A stretch of DNA of 33,876 nucleotides from Candidatus Parcubacteria bacterium (GCA_009691505.1 SICJ01000003.1:1-33876), one strand, 5' to 3'; counted from the stretch's first letter, positions 19,201 to 27,440 are shown. The notes: generated by a model not told the origin, from the sequence alone. A program made the numbers and translations.

Positions 19201-21087
19201 CTACAGCACAATATTGATAAGTCTGTGTTTTACATATATGGTTTTTTGCACTTTTTTACCATCGGTCCATTTTTTTACCTCAATTAAAGTCAGCGCCCTA
19301 GCTGTTATTTCGCTCTCTGAAGTAGTTTTTGTAATTTTAAAAGTGGCTCTAGTCTTGCCGTTTATCTGCACGACAATAGTCGCTGTATCATTTTCAAGTA
19401 AAGTCGTATCTGGTTTTGGCCATGGTTCTGTATGTATTGATTTTTTGTGTTTTAGCAACGACCAAAGCTCGTCTGTAATGTGTGGCGCAAAAGGAGCGAG
19501 GAGTTGAAGCAATATTTCAAAAGATTTTTGTGAGATTTTTGTTTGCTTTTCAAACTCATTTGAAAGAATCATCAGCGCAGATACAGCTGTGTTGAATTCC
19601 ATTTTTTCAATATGTGCTGACACTTTTGTAATAGTTTGGTGAATGTTTTTATTAAAACTATTTTCTGCTTTTTCTTGAGCAAAATTTACATCTACTTTTT
19701 GAAAAAGTTTCCATACTCGCTCAAGAAATCGTCGAGAACCGATAATAGAATCAGAACTCCAAGCTATTGCCTGGTCAAAAGGCCCCATAAACATTTCGTA
19801 CACACGCAAAGTATCTGCACCAAAAGTAGCAACGATAGCATCTGGATTTATCACATTTCCGCGAGACTTTGACATCTTTTCTCCACCTTCAGCGAGAATA
19901 AGCCCTTGTGTGGTGCGTTTTTTATATGGTTCACTTGTTGGTACTAAACCGATATCAAAAAGAAATTCATTCCAAAAACGTGAATAAAGTAAGTGAAGCG
20001 TTGCGTGTTCCATTCCTCCGTTATACCAGTCCACCTGCATCCAATATTTCAATTTTTCTGTGGACGCAAAAACTTTTTTGTTTTTAGGGTCAACGTAACG
20101 CAAAAAATACCAGCTTGAACCAGCCCAGTTTGGCATAGTGTCCGTTTCACGCTTTGCTTTTCCAGCACATTGCGGACATCTTACATTTACCCATTTTGAA
20201 ATATTTGCAAGTGGTGATTCGCCAGTATCGGTCGGCACATAATTTTTTACATTTGGAAGTTTTACTGGTAAATCTTTTTCAGGCACAGCTACTGTGCCAC
20301 ATTTTTCACAGTGAATAAGTGGAATCGGCTCTCCCCAATATCGCTGCCGAGAAAAAATCCAATCATGAATCTTGAAAGTCGTTACCTTTTTCCCGTCTAC
20401 AATTTCCTCTTTTTTCCCAATCCAGTGTTTTTGCGCAAGTTTTATTTGCTCAACAAAATCTACATTCGCGAGGTCACGGTCTAGCTTGTCAGCGTATTTT
20501 GTAATGGCGAGCATCCACTGTTCTTTTTCTTTTTGTTCAACGCGAGTACCACAACGTTCACAACAGCCGTCTATCACTTCTTCATTTGCCAAACCTATTT
20601 TATCTTTTGGACACCAATTGATAGCCATCTTTTTTTTGTAAGCAAGTCCGTGTTTAAAAAATTGCAAAAAAAGCCACTGTGTCCAGCGATAATACTCTGG
20701 GTCTGTGGTATTTATTTCTCGCGACCAATCAAAAGAAAAACCAAATGATTTTAACTGCTTGCGAAATGTGTCAGTGTTTTTTTTAGTTACAATTTTTGGT
20801 GCAATACCTGTTTTAATCGCATAATTTTCAGTCGGTAGACCAAAAGCGTCCCAACCGATAGGATAAAGCACGTTGTAGCCCTCTGCCCGTCGTTTTCGCG
20901 AGATTATATCCATAGCAATGATACTTCTTGCGTGACCCACATGTAGACCGTCACCAGATGGATATGGAAACTCTATAAGAGAGTAAAATTTTGGTTTCGC
21001 AGAAAAATCTTCCGCATGATTTAGACCTTTTTTCTCCCAAAAATTTTGCCACTTCTTTTCTATTTTCTTGTGGTCGTAAGGCTTCAT
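19201..21087 (-). CDS. leuS: Leucyl-tRNA synthetase lacking the CP1 editing domain
   Basis: FPYPSGDGLHVGH, GWDAFGLPTEN, DWIFSRQRYWGEPIP, RETDTMPNWAGSSWY, KMSKS. Only 628 aa. Confidence 0.97.
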   Translation of the reverse strand: MKPYDHKKIEKKWQNFWEKKGLNHAEDFSAKPKFYSLIEFPYPSGDGLHVGHARSIIAMDIISRKRRAEGYNVLYPIGWDAFGLPTENYAIKTGIAPKIVTKKNTDTFRKQLKSFGFSFDWSREINTTDPEYYRWTQWLFLQFFKHGLAYKKKMAINWCPKDKIGLANEEVIDGCCERCGTRVEQKEKEQWMLAITKYADKLDRDLANVDFVEQIKLAQKHWIGKKEEIVDGKKVTTFKIHDWIFSRQRYWGEPIPLIHCEKCGTVAVPEKDLPVKLPNVKNYVPTDTGESPLANISKWVNVRCPQCAGKAKRETDTMPNWAGSSWYFLRYVDPKNKKVFASTEKLKYWMQVDWYNGGMEHATLHLLYSRFWNEFLFDIGLVPTSEPYKKRTTQGLILAEGGEKMSKSRGNVINPDAIVATFGADTLRVYEMFMGPFDQAIAWSSDSIIGSRRFLERVWKLFQKVDVNFAQEKAENSFNKNIHQTITKVSAHIEKMEFNTAVSALMILSNEFEKQTKISQKSFEILLQLLAPFAPHITDELWSLLKHKKSIHTEPWPKPDTTLLENDTATIVVQINGKTRATFKITKTTSESEITARALTLIEVKKWTDGKKVQKTIYVKHRLINIVL

Positions 21088-21095
21088 TTTTAATA

Positions 21096-22025
21096 TTAGT
21101 TTCTTTTTGGAGTTGGTGGATAAAGCTCTGCATCTATTGTCCTTTTAAAACAAGTTTGCCCGACAGCATGTGACCAGTTTTCATTTTCACTTCCCACGCC
21201 GATTGGTTTTGCATAATTCATTCCAGATGAATTGTTAGAATTACTATTTACATTAAAATCTGCACACAATTCAAAACCCATTTCACTAATTTTTTTGTAT
21301 TCGTAAGAAAGGCCATTTTGAGAATCAACAGGAATAACGAAACCAGAAATTGGGTCTCGCAGGTCGGTTAGAGTTTCTGGCAAAGCTCCTTTTTGTTGGA
21401 AATAATTTACCAATTGCCACTGGATAGTCTGCAAATCCGCGAGCTTTTGTGCATCAAAACGCATTAGACGCTGAGTCACAGGTGAACCCATAATCATAAA
21501 TCCGCTCACGATAGAAGCGAGCACCATGAGTCCAGTGATAGACGCAAGCAAGGTGCGCCGACTTTTTTGAATCACGGCGACACTTTTTAAATCATGAATA
21601 TAATAAATAAATATTAAACCGACGACGACGAGCACCGCCACCACTTTGAAAATAAAACGACTCGCTATCTCTCCGCCTAAAACGGTGTTGATGAGTACAA
21701 TAAGATCAATAATGATTGTAACTCCCGCCAAAAAAAGTGTGAAATATGTGAGCCATTTTCTAATTCCTAAATTTCTTTTTTCTGGACTCAAAACATAATC
21801 TCTATTGGTAGTTCTGGAAAGAAAAATGTAGAGAGGAAAAATAATAATAAGACACGCAATAGCCCATCTAATAACCGCTGAATATGGGTCAACGTAAAAA
21901 TTTAAGTTGTCAGGAAACGCGTTGTTTATAATATTAAAAACCAAAGTAAGTAAACTGACGGTACTTATATAAAGACTAATAATAACGCCCAAGTGCAAAA
22001 AGAAATCTTTTGGTGATGTTTTCAT
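21096..22025 (-). CDS. Multi-pass membrane protein (DUF5671-like) with a C-terminal pilin-like soluble domain
   Basis: About five TM helices, IRKWLTYFTLF motif, then RFDAQKLADLQTIQ..LVNY..LP, YEY, FELCADF and a C-terminal Cys. Confidence 0.75.
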   Translation of the reverse strand: MKTSPKDFFLHLGVIISLYISTVSLLTLVFNIINNAFPDNLNFYVDPYSAVIRWAIACLIIIFPLYIFLSRTTNRDYVLSPEKRNLGIRKWLTYFTLFLAGVTIIIDLIVLINTVLGGEIASRFIFKVVAVLVVVGLIFIYYIHDLKSVAVIQKSRRTLLASITGLMVLASIVSGFMIMGSPVTQRLMRFDAQKLADLQTIQWQLVNYFQQKGALPETLTDLRDPISGFVIPVDSQNGLSYEYKKISEMGFELCADFNVNSNSNNSSGMNYAKPIGVGSENENWSHAVGQTCFKRTIDAELYPPTPKRN

Positions 22026-22070
22026 AATACTGTCTATAATATCACAGATTTTTGCTCAAAAATACAAAAG

Positions 22071-22103
22071 AAAAAGCCCCGAGCGTGTAACGCTCGGGGC
22101 TTT
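22071..22103 (-). terminator. Intrinsic terminator, probably bidirectional
   Basis: AAAGCCCCGAGCG-TGTAA-CGCTCGGGGCTTT perfect stem with a U-tract on the minus strand, downstream of the 22128-22712 gene. Confidence 0.85.
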
Positions 22104-22127
22104 ATTTCAACTCATCATTCAAAAAAT

Positions 22128-22712
22128 CTACAGTGAATTCGGTGGCAAGAAAATGTCATACCCCATCTTTTCCACCACTGAAGCCTCCAGATCAGAGATA
22201 ATGTTGAAAATGGGGTCACCCTTCTTAAACTTTCTCTTTTCGGAAACTTTCAGGTAGAAAATTTTAACAACACCATCTACCACCCCTCCGCGCGCCTTGA
22301 TGCAGATAACAACAGACCTGATGTTCAAATGAGCACTTAGTACGTGCTCGTTAGGACTTTTTTCTTTCTTCACCACAGGCCCGCCAGTTTGGTCACTGTA
22401 AAAAATACGAGTGAACGGAAATTCTGCATCCACATGCCAGTAAACACGATATTCCACTGTTTCGTCCAATGACGACTCAAGTGGACCGTCTTCCTTACGG
22501 AACTCTAAAGATTCGGAAGCTGCTTCCAAATCAAGAGTCTCCCAAGGTTTAAAAGCGATGTGGTGAATGTTTCCAAGTGCCGAAGGACACAAAAAGTGCC
22601 CAATAACATTCGGCCACTGCTTGGCCGTATGGAGCGAACCCCACAAATCACGCAAAATCCTTGGCAACCAATGGTGTTGCTCAACAAGAGCCCAAAACTT
22701 TTCTGGCTTCAT
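22128..22712 (-). CDS. Hypothetical protein
   Basis: Long ORF; ATG at 22712 (MKPEKFW) preceded by GAAAGG. Has its own promoter-like and terminator signals. Confidence 0.65.
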   Translation of the reverse strand: MKPEKFWALVEQHHWLPRILRDLWGSLHTAKQWPNVIGHFLCPSALGNIHHIAFKPWETLDLEAASESLEFRKEDGPLESSLDETVEYRVYWHVDAEFPFTRIFYSDQTGGPVVKKEKSPNEHVLSAHLNIRSVVICIKARGGVVDGVVKIFYLKVSEKRKFKKGDPIFNIISDLEASVVEKMGYDIFLPPNSL

Positions 22713-22785
22713 ATAGAAACCTTTCTGCCTTATAGGCAATTCAAAGGACAAGACTTGAGTCAGCACAATACTGACTTCTAAAAAC

Positions 22786-22813
22786 ATAATACATTAAAGT
22801 GAAATAATGTCAA
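22786..22813 (-). promoter_or_regulatory. Putative sigma70 promoter
   Basis: TTGACA-16 nt-TATTAT on the minus strand, upstream of the 22712 ATG. Confidence 0.5.
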
Positions 22814-22849
22814 GACACACAGGTAATGTGCACACGCGAGGGCAAATTT

Positions 22850-23992
22850 CTAAATCCTAAACTCCACCACGTCTCCATCTTTCACAATGTATTCTTTTCC
22901 TTCGGTGCGGAGGAGGCCTTTTTCGCGGGCGAGCGCAAGCGAGCCCGCTCCTAAAAGCGCGTCGCAAGCTATCACTTCCGCACGAATAAATTTATCTTTA
23001 AAATCTGTGTGGATCGCAGTTCCGGCAATCGGCGCAGTTGAGTTGCGTAAAATCGTCCACGCACGCGACTCGTCTTCGCCAGTTGTAAAATATGTAATGA
23101 GGTCCAAAAGTTCATAACCTTTTGTAATCAAATTATTTATTCCGTCGTCTTCCCCGCCGAGTTCTTTTCGGAAAGTTTCTTTTTCGGTTGCAGTTAAATC
23201 TTTCAGCTCTTGCTCAATTCCCGCATCCACAATTACATAAAGTGACTTCGTATCACTAAAAAATTTCAGTAATTTCGTAAATCGCTCGTCCTGCTTGCCG
23301 TTTACGTCTGGCTTTCCGTCCGCGCCGATTTTTTCATCCAAATTCCTCGCTCCACCTTTTTTATTTAAAACATAAAGAATCGGCTTCATTGTAAGGAGCT
23401 GAAGTCCTTTTATATACGGCAACTCAAGCTCGTTTAAAGTAGCCTCTTGTGCGAGTCGCCCAGCGAGAAGCAACGTGTGCACTTTTTCCAAAGCTCCGTG
23501 CTCAATCACCGCTTCTTTCGTCCCCTTTTTCATTTCTCTATCTACGTTGCCAAGACGTTTTTTTACAGTATCAGTGTCCGCCAAAATAAGTTCTAGATTT
23601 ATAATCTCCACATCATGAAGCGGATCTATTTTTCCGTCCACATGTATCACATTGTCATCTTCAAAAATCCTCACCACTTCCGCGATAGCGTGCACCTCGC
23701 GAATATTACTCAAAAATTTATTTCCCAAACCTTCACCTTCCGATGCGCCTTTTACGATACCAGCAATGTCTACAAATTCTATCGCGGCGGGAATTGTTTT
23801 TGCGGATTTACTAAATTCTGAAAGTTTCCAAAGCCTGTCATCTGGCACAGCCACAACACCCACAGACGGATCAATGGTGCAGAAAGGATAATTCTCCGCT
23901 GGAACGGATTTTTTAGTGAGAGCGTTAAATAATGTGGATTTGCCAACATTTGGGAGACCGACGATGCCGATTGATAGTTTTGTACTTGACAT
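22850..23992 (-). CDS. ychF: Ribosome-associated ATPase YchF (Obg family); N-terminus supplied by the integrated element
   Basis: GIVGLPNVGKSTLFNALT, NYPFCTIDP, DIAGIVKGAS.GEGLGNKFL, TGS domain (EGKEYIVKDGD). Confidence 0.97.
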   Translation of the reverse strand: MSSTKLSIGIVGLPNVGKSTLFNALTKKSVPAENYPFCTIDPSVGVVAVPDDRLWKLSEFSKSAKTIPAAIEFVDIAGIVKGASEGEGLGNKFLSNIREVHAIAEVVRIFEDDNVIHVDGKIDPLHDVEIINLELILADTDTVKKRLGNVDREMKKGTKEAVIEHGALEKVHTLLLAGRLAQEATLNELELPYIKGLQLLTMKPILYVLNKKGGARNLDEKIGADGKPDVNGKQDERFTKLLKFFSDTKSLYVIVDAGIEQELKDLTATEKETFRKELGGEDDGINNLITKGYELLDLITYFTTGEDESRAWTILRNSTAPIAGTAIHTDFKDKFIRAEVIACDALLGAGSLALAREKGLLRTEGKEYIVKDGDVVEFRI

Positions 23993-24426
23993 GATAATTT
24001 GATGCTACTGGAATATAACCATAGATTTGTAATTGCTCTTTATTAGCTACAATCTTGTCTAGAACATTCATCATAATGCCTTTTTTTACCACAAAACTCA
24101 AGTTATTAATCTCATTCTTCACCTCCTCAGTAAACTTATCAATTTCATTTTGATTAGGGAGATTTGTTTCTGTCCGTAATATTTCCTGTTTAGCGTCAGA
24201 AATTTGGAATTCTAATGCCGACATCTTTTCCTTAATCGGATCTACATACTCTTTGAGCTGGTTAATTGTAAAAACTCCTGAACCGTAAGCTTTATTGTAT
24301 CTATCTTCTTGTGTCTTAAGATTACTTATTTCCTTTTGGAGAAATGGAGTGTCACTCGCGGAAACTGTGTTTTTTAAATTCTTGCTATTAATCCAGCGAT
24401 CTAATTGTTTTCTCATTTATACTCAT
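23925..24426 (-). pseudogene. C-terminal remnant of a large serine recombinase/integrase
   Basis: Coiled coil (LQKEISNLKTQEDRYNKAYGSGVFTINQLKE) and LSFVVKKGIMMNVLDKIV..LQIYG, typical of large serine recombinase C-termini. Runs across the att site into ychF. No catalytic YxRVS domain. Confidence 0.75.
23957..23978. repeat. att site (ychF-proximal copy)
   Basis: accgacgatgccgattgatagt, matching 26529-26550 at 19 of 22 positions. Confidence 0.8.
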
Positions 24427-24477
24427 AACATTATTATAACACACTTTTATGTAATTTCAGTTTATATTTTAGTAATC

Positions 24478-24978
24478 TTAATCCTTATTTACAATCATTT
24501 CCTTCACTTTTTTCTTATAATCCTCAAAGCTTTCCATGTTCATTTCTTTTCTACGTTTTTCAATGTTTGACTCATCTTCAAGATCAAAAAAGGTAACATT
24601 TTTATGTTCAATTCTATATTGTGTCCCATATAATTGCAGTTGTTTATTTAAAATTCTTACTCTATCAATCAAATATGCTAAATCACTTTTTATAATTTCT
24701 TTATCAGTTTTATTATTAAATAAATCTATTGTCTCCTGAAGATACGCTGTCTCACCTGAGTGTTGAATTACTAAAAAGGCCGCTCTGTAAGCTTTCTCAG
24801 AGGAAACATTTATAAAAGGAAAACCATTTTCTTTGATGAATTGTTTAATGAATATAAAATTATCTTTTTGGATCTGTACCAGATTATCTTCAGATATCTT
24901 ATCTTCTCTAAATAATTTTATATTTGTTTGGTCCTTGTCCAGCAGCGATTCAAGCTGTGAAATTAAAATTTGATTCAT
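24478..24978 (-). CDS. DUF6624-like protein
   Basis: DQ.., IKENGFP, AAFLVIQHS, LAYLIDRV..QLYGTQY, RRKEMNM motif pattern. Very AT-rich coding sequence. Confidence 0.75.
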   Translation of the reverse strand: MNQILISQLESLLDKDQTNIKLFREDKISEDNLVQIQKDNFIFIKQFIKENGFPFINVSSEKAYRAAFLVIQHSGETAYLQETIDLFNNKTDKEIIKSDLAYLIDRVRILNKQLQLYGTQYRIEHKNVTFFDLEDESNIEKRRKEMNMESFEDYKKKVKEMIVNKD

Positions 24979-25001
24979 ACTACTACTATATTATAAAAAT
25001 T

Positions 25002-25039
25002 AAAAAAAGTAGACCCCCCGAGAAAATCTCAAGGGGGTC
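25002..25039 (-). terminator. Intrinsic terminator of the ATP-grasp/precursor operon
   Basis: Minus strand GACCCCCTTGAGA-TTT-TCTCGGGGGGTC followed by TACTTTTTTT. Confidence 0.85.
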
Positions 25040-25063
25040 ATGAAGGGTTGAAGCGCGGCGTGC

Positions 25064-25256
25064 TCAGATAGTATCCGAGTCGCTCGAGCCTTGATCCAGG
25101 GTGTCAGTTTCCGCGACGATGTCGGGGGTACGGTTGATCGATCACTTGGACGCCGTGAACTCTCTCAGCGTGCAAAAAGGTGATCGGCTCACCGGAGGCA
25201 CTTTTCTGGGTTATCTGGCCCTTTTTTTTGGGTGGGTCTAGGACTGCAGCATTCAT
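25064..25256 (-). pseudogene. Graspetide (ATP-grasp RiPP) precursor peptide, frameshifted by a GATC duplication at 25136-25143
   Basis: AAAGGAGG RBS and ATG at 25256. As given, it reads 50 aa and stops at 25104. Removing one GATC gives MNAAVLDPPKKKGQITQKSASGEPITFLHAERVHGVQVINRTPDIVAETDTLDQGSSDSDTI* (62 aa), ending just before the terminator. Confidence 0.75.
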
Positions 25257-25312
25257 GGGGACATGCCTCCTTTCAATTGTGTTAGTTGTTGTACTTACCC
25301 GTAATTAATGTA

Positions 25313-26293
25313 TCAACTTGCTAAGAATTTTGCAAGAGCTGTCGATATGGGTAATCCAGCCACCAATTCAGATGGCCCCCACTGTCCTTGGGGGTTTACT
25401 TCAAAGAAACAGTATTCTCCTGCTTCCGTGATGCAGAGATCTGCCACACCGAACCTCAATCCAAGACCTTGAACCACTTTTATCAGTTTTCTTTGAACGT
25501 CAACTGGTAGCTCGTATGGCTTGTAAATCCTTTCGAGCTTGTGGTTTCTCCAATCAAGGTTGTCGTCACCTGCTCCCAAATCCCTTTCGTGAGTAATTGA
25601 GACAGTAAAGACTTCATCGCCCACAATCGTTGATCTGAGATCGACTTTGTTGAGGATTGCTTCTTGGAAAATCACAGGGCAGACTTTCACTTGTTCAACC
25701 ACCTTAAGGATGGTTTCCTCATCAATGACCCGAGTATAGATTGTTCGGTTTCCTCCCTCTTTTTCGTTTGCACGATAGAGACAAGTTCCGACCGGCTTCA
25801 TAATCATACTCATGCCATGATTATTCCGAATGAATATTGACACACTAAGCGGATCATTCGAGATTACGGTCTTTGGAATCCTCAAACCACAATCCTGCGC
25901 GACCTTAAGCTGTAGGGGTTTGCTGTTTGCAATTCTGGTGCTGTCTGGGTCTGAGACCCACTTAACATCAGACGGCAAAAGGTAGAAAAGAGACCGCACA
26001 AACATGTCGGATTCCATCCGAATGTATTGACTGAGTGAGTCCTGTGCTTCTTTCTTGAATTTTCCCATAGGTCTGCGCCACCAAACTGATTTGACATTGT
26101 CTTGATTGAAAGCTCCCGTTCTTTGCTCAAAAAGAAACGAAAGTTCTGATGAGTAGCCAATGGTCCCGTAGCATTCCTTCGGAAACAGACTTAGATCGAG
26201 AAGAGAATATGTTTCCCCAATCTCATCAAGTCTTTTCATCAAAAGTTTGGACGTGCCATCCTCAGAATGAGATATAACTAGTATTTGTTTCAT
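25313..26293 (-). CDS. MvdC/MvdD-like ATP-grasp RiPP macrocyclase (graspetide synthetase)
   Basis: ILVISHSED, VKSVWWRRP, ANSKPLQLKVAQDCGLRIPKTVISND, IMKPV, PVIFQE, DLRSTIVGDEVF, DWR, LGLRFGVADL, FFEVNPQGQW. AAGGAG RBS. Confidence 0.88.
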   Translation of the reverse strand: MKQILVISHSEDGTSKLLMKRLDEIGETYSLLDLSLFPKECYGTIGYSSELSFLFEQRTGAFNQDNVKSVWWRRPMGKFKKEAQDSLSQYIRMESDMFVRSLFYLLPSDVKWVSDPDSTRIANSKPLQLKVAQDCGLRIPKTVISNDPLSVSIFIRNNHGMSMIMKPVGTCLYRANEKEGGNRTIYTRVIDEETILKVVEQVKVCPVIFQEAILNKVDLRSTIVGDEVFTVSITHERDLGAGDDNLDWRNHKLERIYKPYELPVDVQRKLIKVVQGLGLRFGVADLCITEAGEYCFFEVNPQGQWGPSELVAGLPISTALAKFLAS

Positions 26294-26327
26294 TTAAATT
26301 CTCCTTGTTGTTGATGTTCTTCTGACC

Positions 26328-26359
26328 TTGACACTATATAATTATTGTTCTGATGTCAA
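26328..26359 (-). promoter_or_regulatory. Putative promoter of the ATP-grasp operon
   Basis: Minus strand TTGACA followed by TATAGT (15-nt spacer) or TAGTGT (17-nt spacer). The whole site is bracketed by the inverted pair TTGACA...TGTCAA. Confidence 0.45.
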
Positions 26360-26480
26360 ATGAGTTCAAATTAAATCTGTGCGGAAACTTTATATCGGTA
26401 TTATTAAAAGATTATTCAAATCAGGTATCTCCCCCCTTTTTTTTATGGATTTCCAAATAGCTTTTGAGGTGGTGGAAGTT

Positions 26481-26555
26481 TTATGACAAAACTAAATGGA
26501 ACAAGTTTGGCAAAATGTCGGTTTGTGAACCAACTATGCCGATGGATAGTGACAT
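26481..26555 (-). pseudogene. Displaced original 5' end of ychF, containing the distal att site (26529-26550)
   Basis: Translates to MSLSIGIVG|SQTDILPNLFHLVLS*. The first nine residues are a canonical YchF N-terminus, then similarity stops abruptly. Confidence 0.85.
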
Positions 26556-26586
26556 AATTTTAATTTAAATTCAGTGTTCCTTACTA

Positions 26587-27426
26587 TTACATAATGTACA
26601 TATCCTGTCCAAAATTGCCCGTGCCTACGTACTCCGCTTCGCCACGCAAAATTTTCTCAAACGGCTGGCAGGCAAAACATCCCTGCGCGCCTTGCGGACA
26701 CTCGAAAACTTTTTCTTCGCGGGCTTTTTTTATTTGTTTTGCGATGGCAAGGACTTTTTCGCGAGCGACCTCAATATCAGGCAAGGGCTTTACAACAGGC
26801 TCGTCATCTCTATCCAAATACCAATACAAAGCGCCAGTCACTTTACGATTTTGCAAAGCATCTAAAAGTAACAAATAAATCGGAAGTTGAAGCGAGTCTT
26901 GTGTTTCCTCGTGTTTGCCTGTTTTAAAATCAAAAATTTTTACGCTGTCGTCTGCCTCAATATATTCTAGCCAGTCTATGTATCCGCACAAAATAATATT
27001 TTCTTCTTCGGAAAGAAAAAAGTTTGGAGGCATTCCGTTGTGGCCTTCTTTTAGACGAACCGTCTTTTTGAAAATTGGGCCGGGATTTTTTATTACGTGT
27101 TTTATCATTGTAAGTCCACGTTCTTTTGCCGTAGCTTCTTCTTCGCTCGTTTTAAATCCACCAATTTTGCCAGATATTTTTTTCCACGCAATTTCAAAAT
27201 CTGCGACCAAGTCGTGCTTTAAGCGCTCCTCCAACGGAATATTTTTTAGCGGTTCAATAGTATTGTGCACCGCACTGCCGAGCGACATTGCCGAAGATAC
27301 CATGCCGATTTTTTTGCCAGATTTTGGATCTTTATAAACATTCCGCAAAAAATACGAACGCGGACATTTCAAAAAATCCCCGATGGACGAGTGCGAAACC
27401 CACACTGATTTGTATTTATCGGGCAT
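26587..27426 (-). CDS. PD-(D/E)xK nuclease, RecB/Cas4/AddB-like
   Basis: SHSSIGDFLKCPRSY, LGSAVH, GYID, IFDFKTG, QLPIY, C-terminal C-x6-C-x2-C. Confidence 0.88.
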   Translation of the reverse strand: MPDKYKSVWVSHSSIGDFLKCPRSYFLRNVYKDPKSGKKIGMVSSAMSLGSAVHNTIEPLKNIPLEERLKHDLVADFEIAWKKISGKIGGFKTSEEEATAKERGLTMIKHVIKNPGPIFKKTVRLKEGHNGMPPNFFLSEEENIILCGYIDWLEYIEADDSVKIFDFKTGKHEETQDSLQLPIYLLLLDALQNRKVTGALYWYLDRDDEPVVKPLPDIEVAREKVLAIAKQIKKAREEKVFECPQGAQGCFACQPFEKILRGEAEYVGTGNFGQDMYIM

Positions 27427-27440
27427 GTTTTTTAGTTAAA

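Larger units (their letters stand above)
23957..26550. mobile_element. Degenerate integrative element inserted in the 5' end of ychF
   Basis: Bounded by a 19/22-nt direct repeat that encodes LSIGIVG in both copies. Contains the recombinase remnant and cargo genes. Confidence 0.85.

Noticed and set aside
25222-25229. A8 tract in the precursor as a phase-variation or frameshift site restoring the core
   Set aside because: The core frame contains stop codons between this tract and the core, including a TGA at the GATC duplication, so slippage here cannot reach it.
25064-25315. TGA recoding (genetic code 25) as an explanation for the broken precursor
   Set aside because: The ATP-grasp gene and the repaired precursor end normally at TGA, and all core genes translate full-length with code 11.
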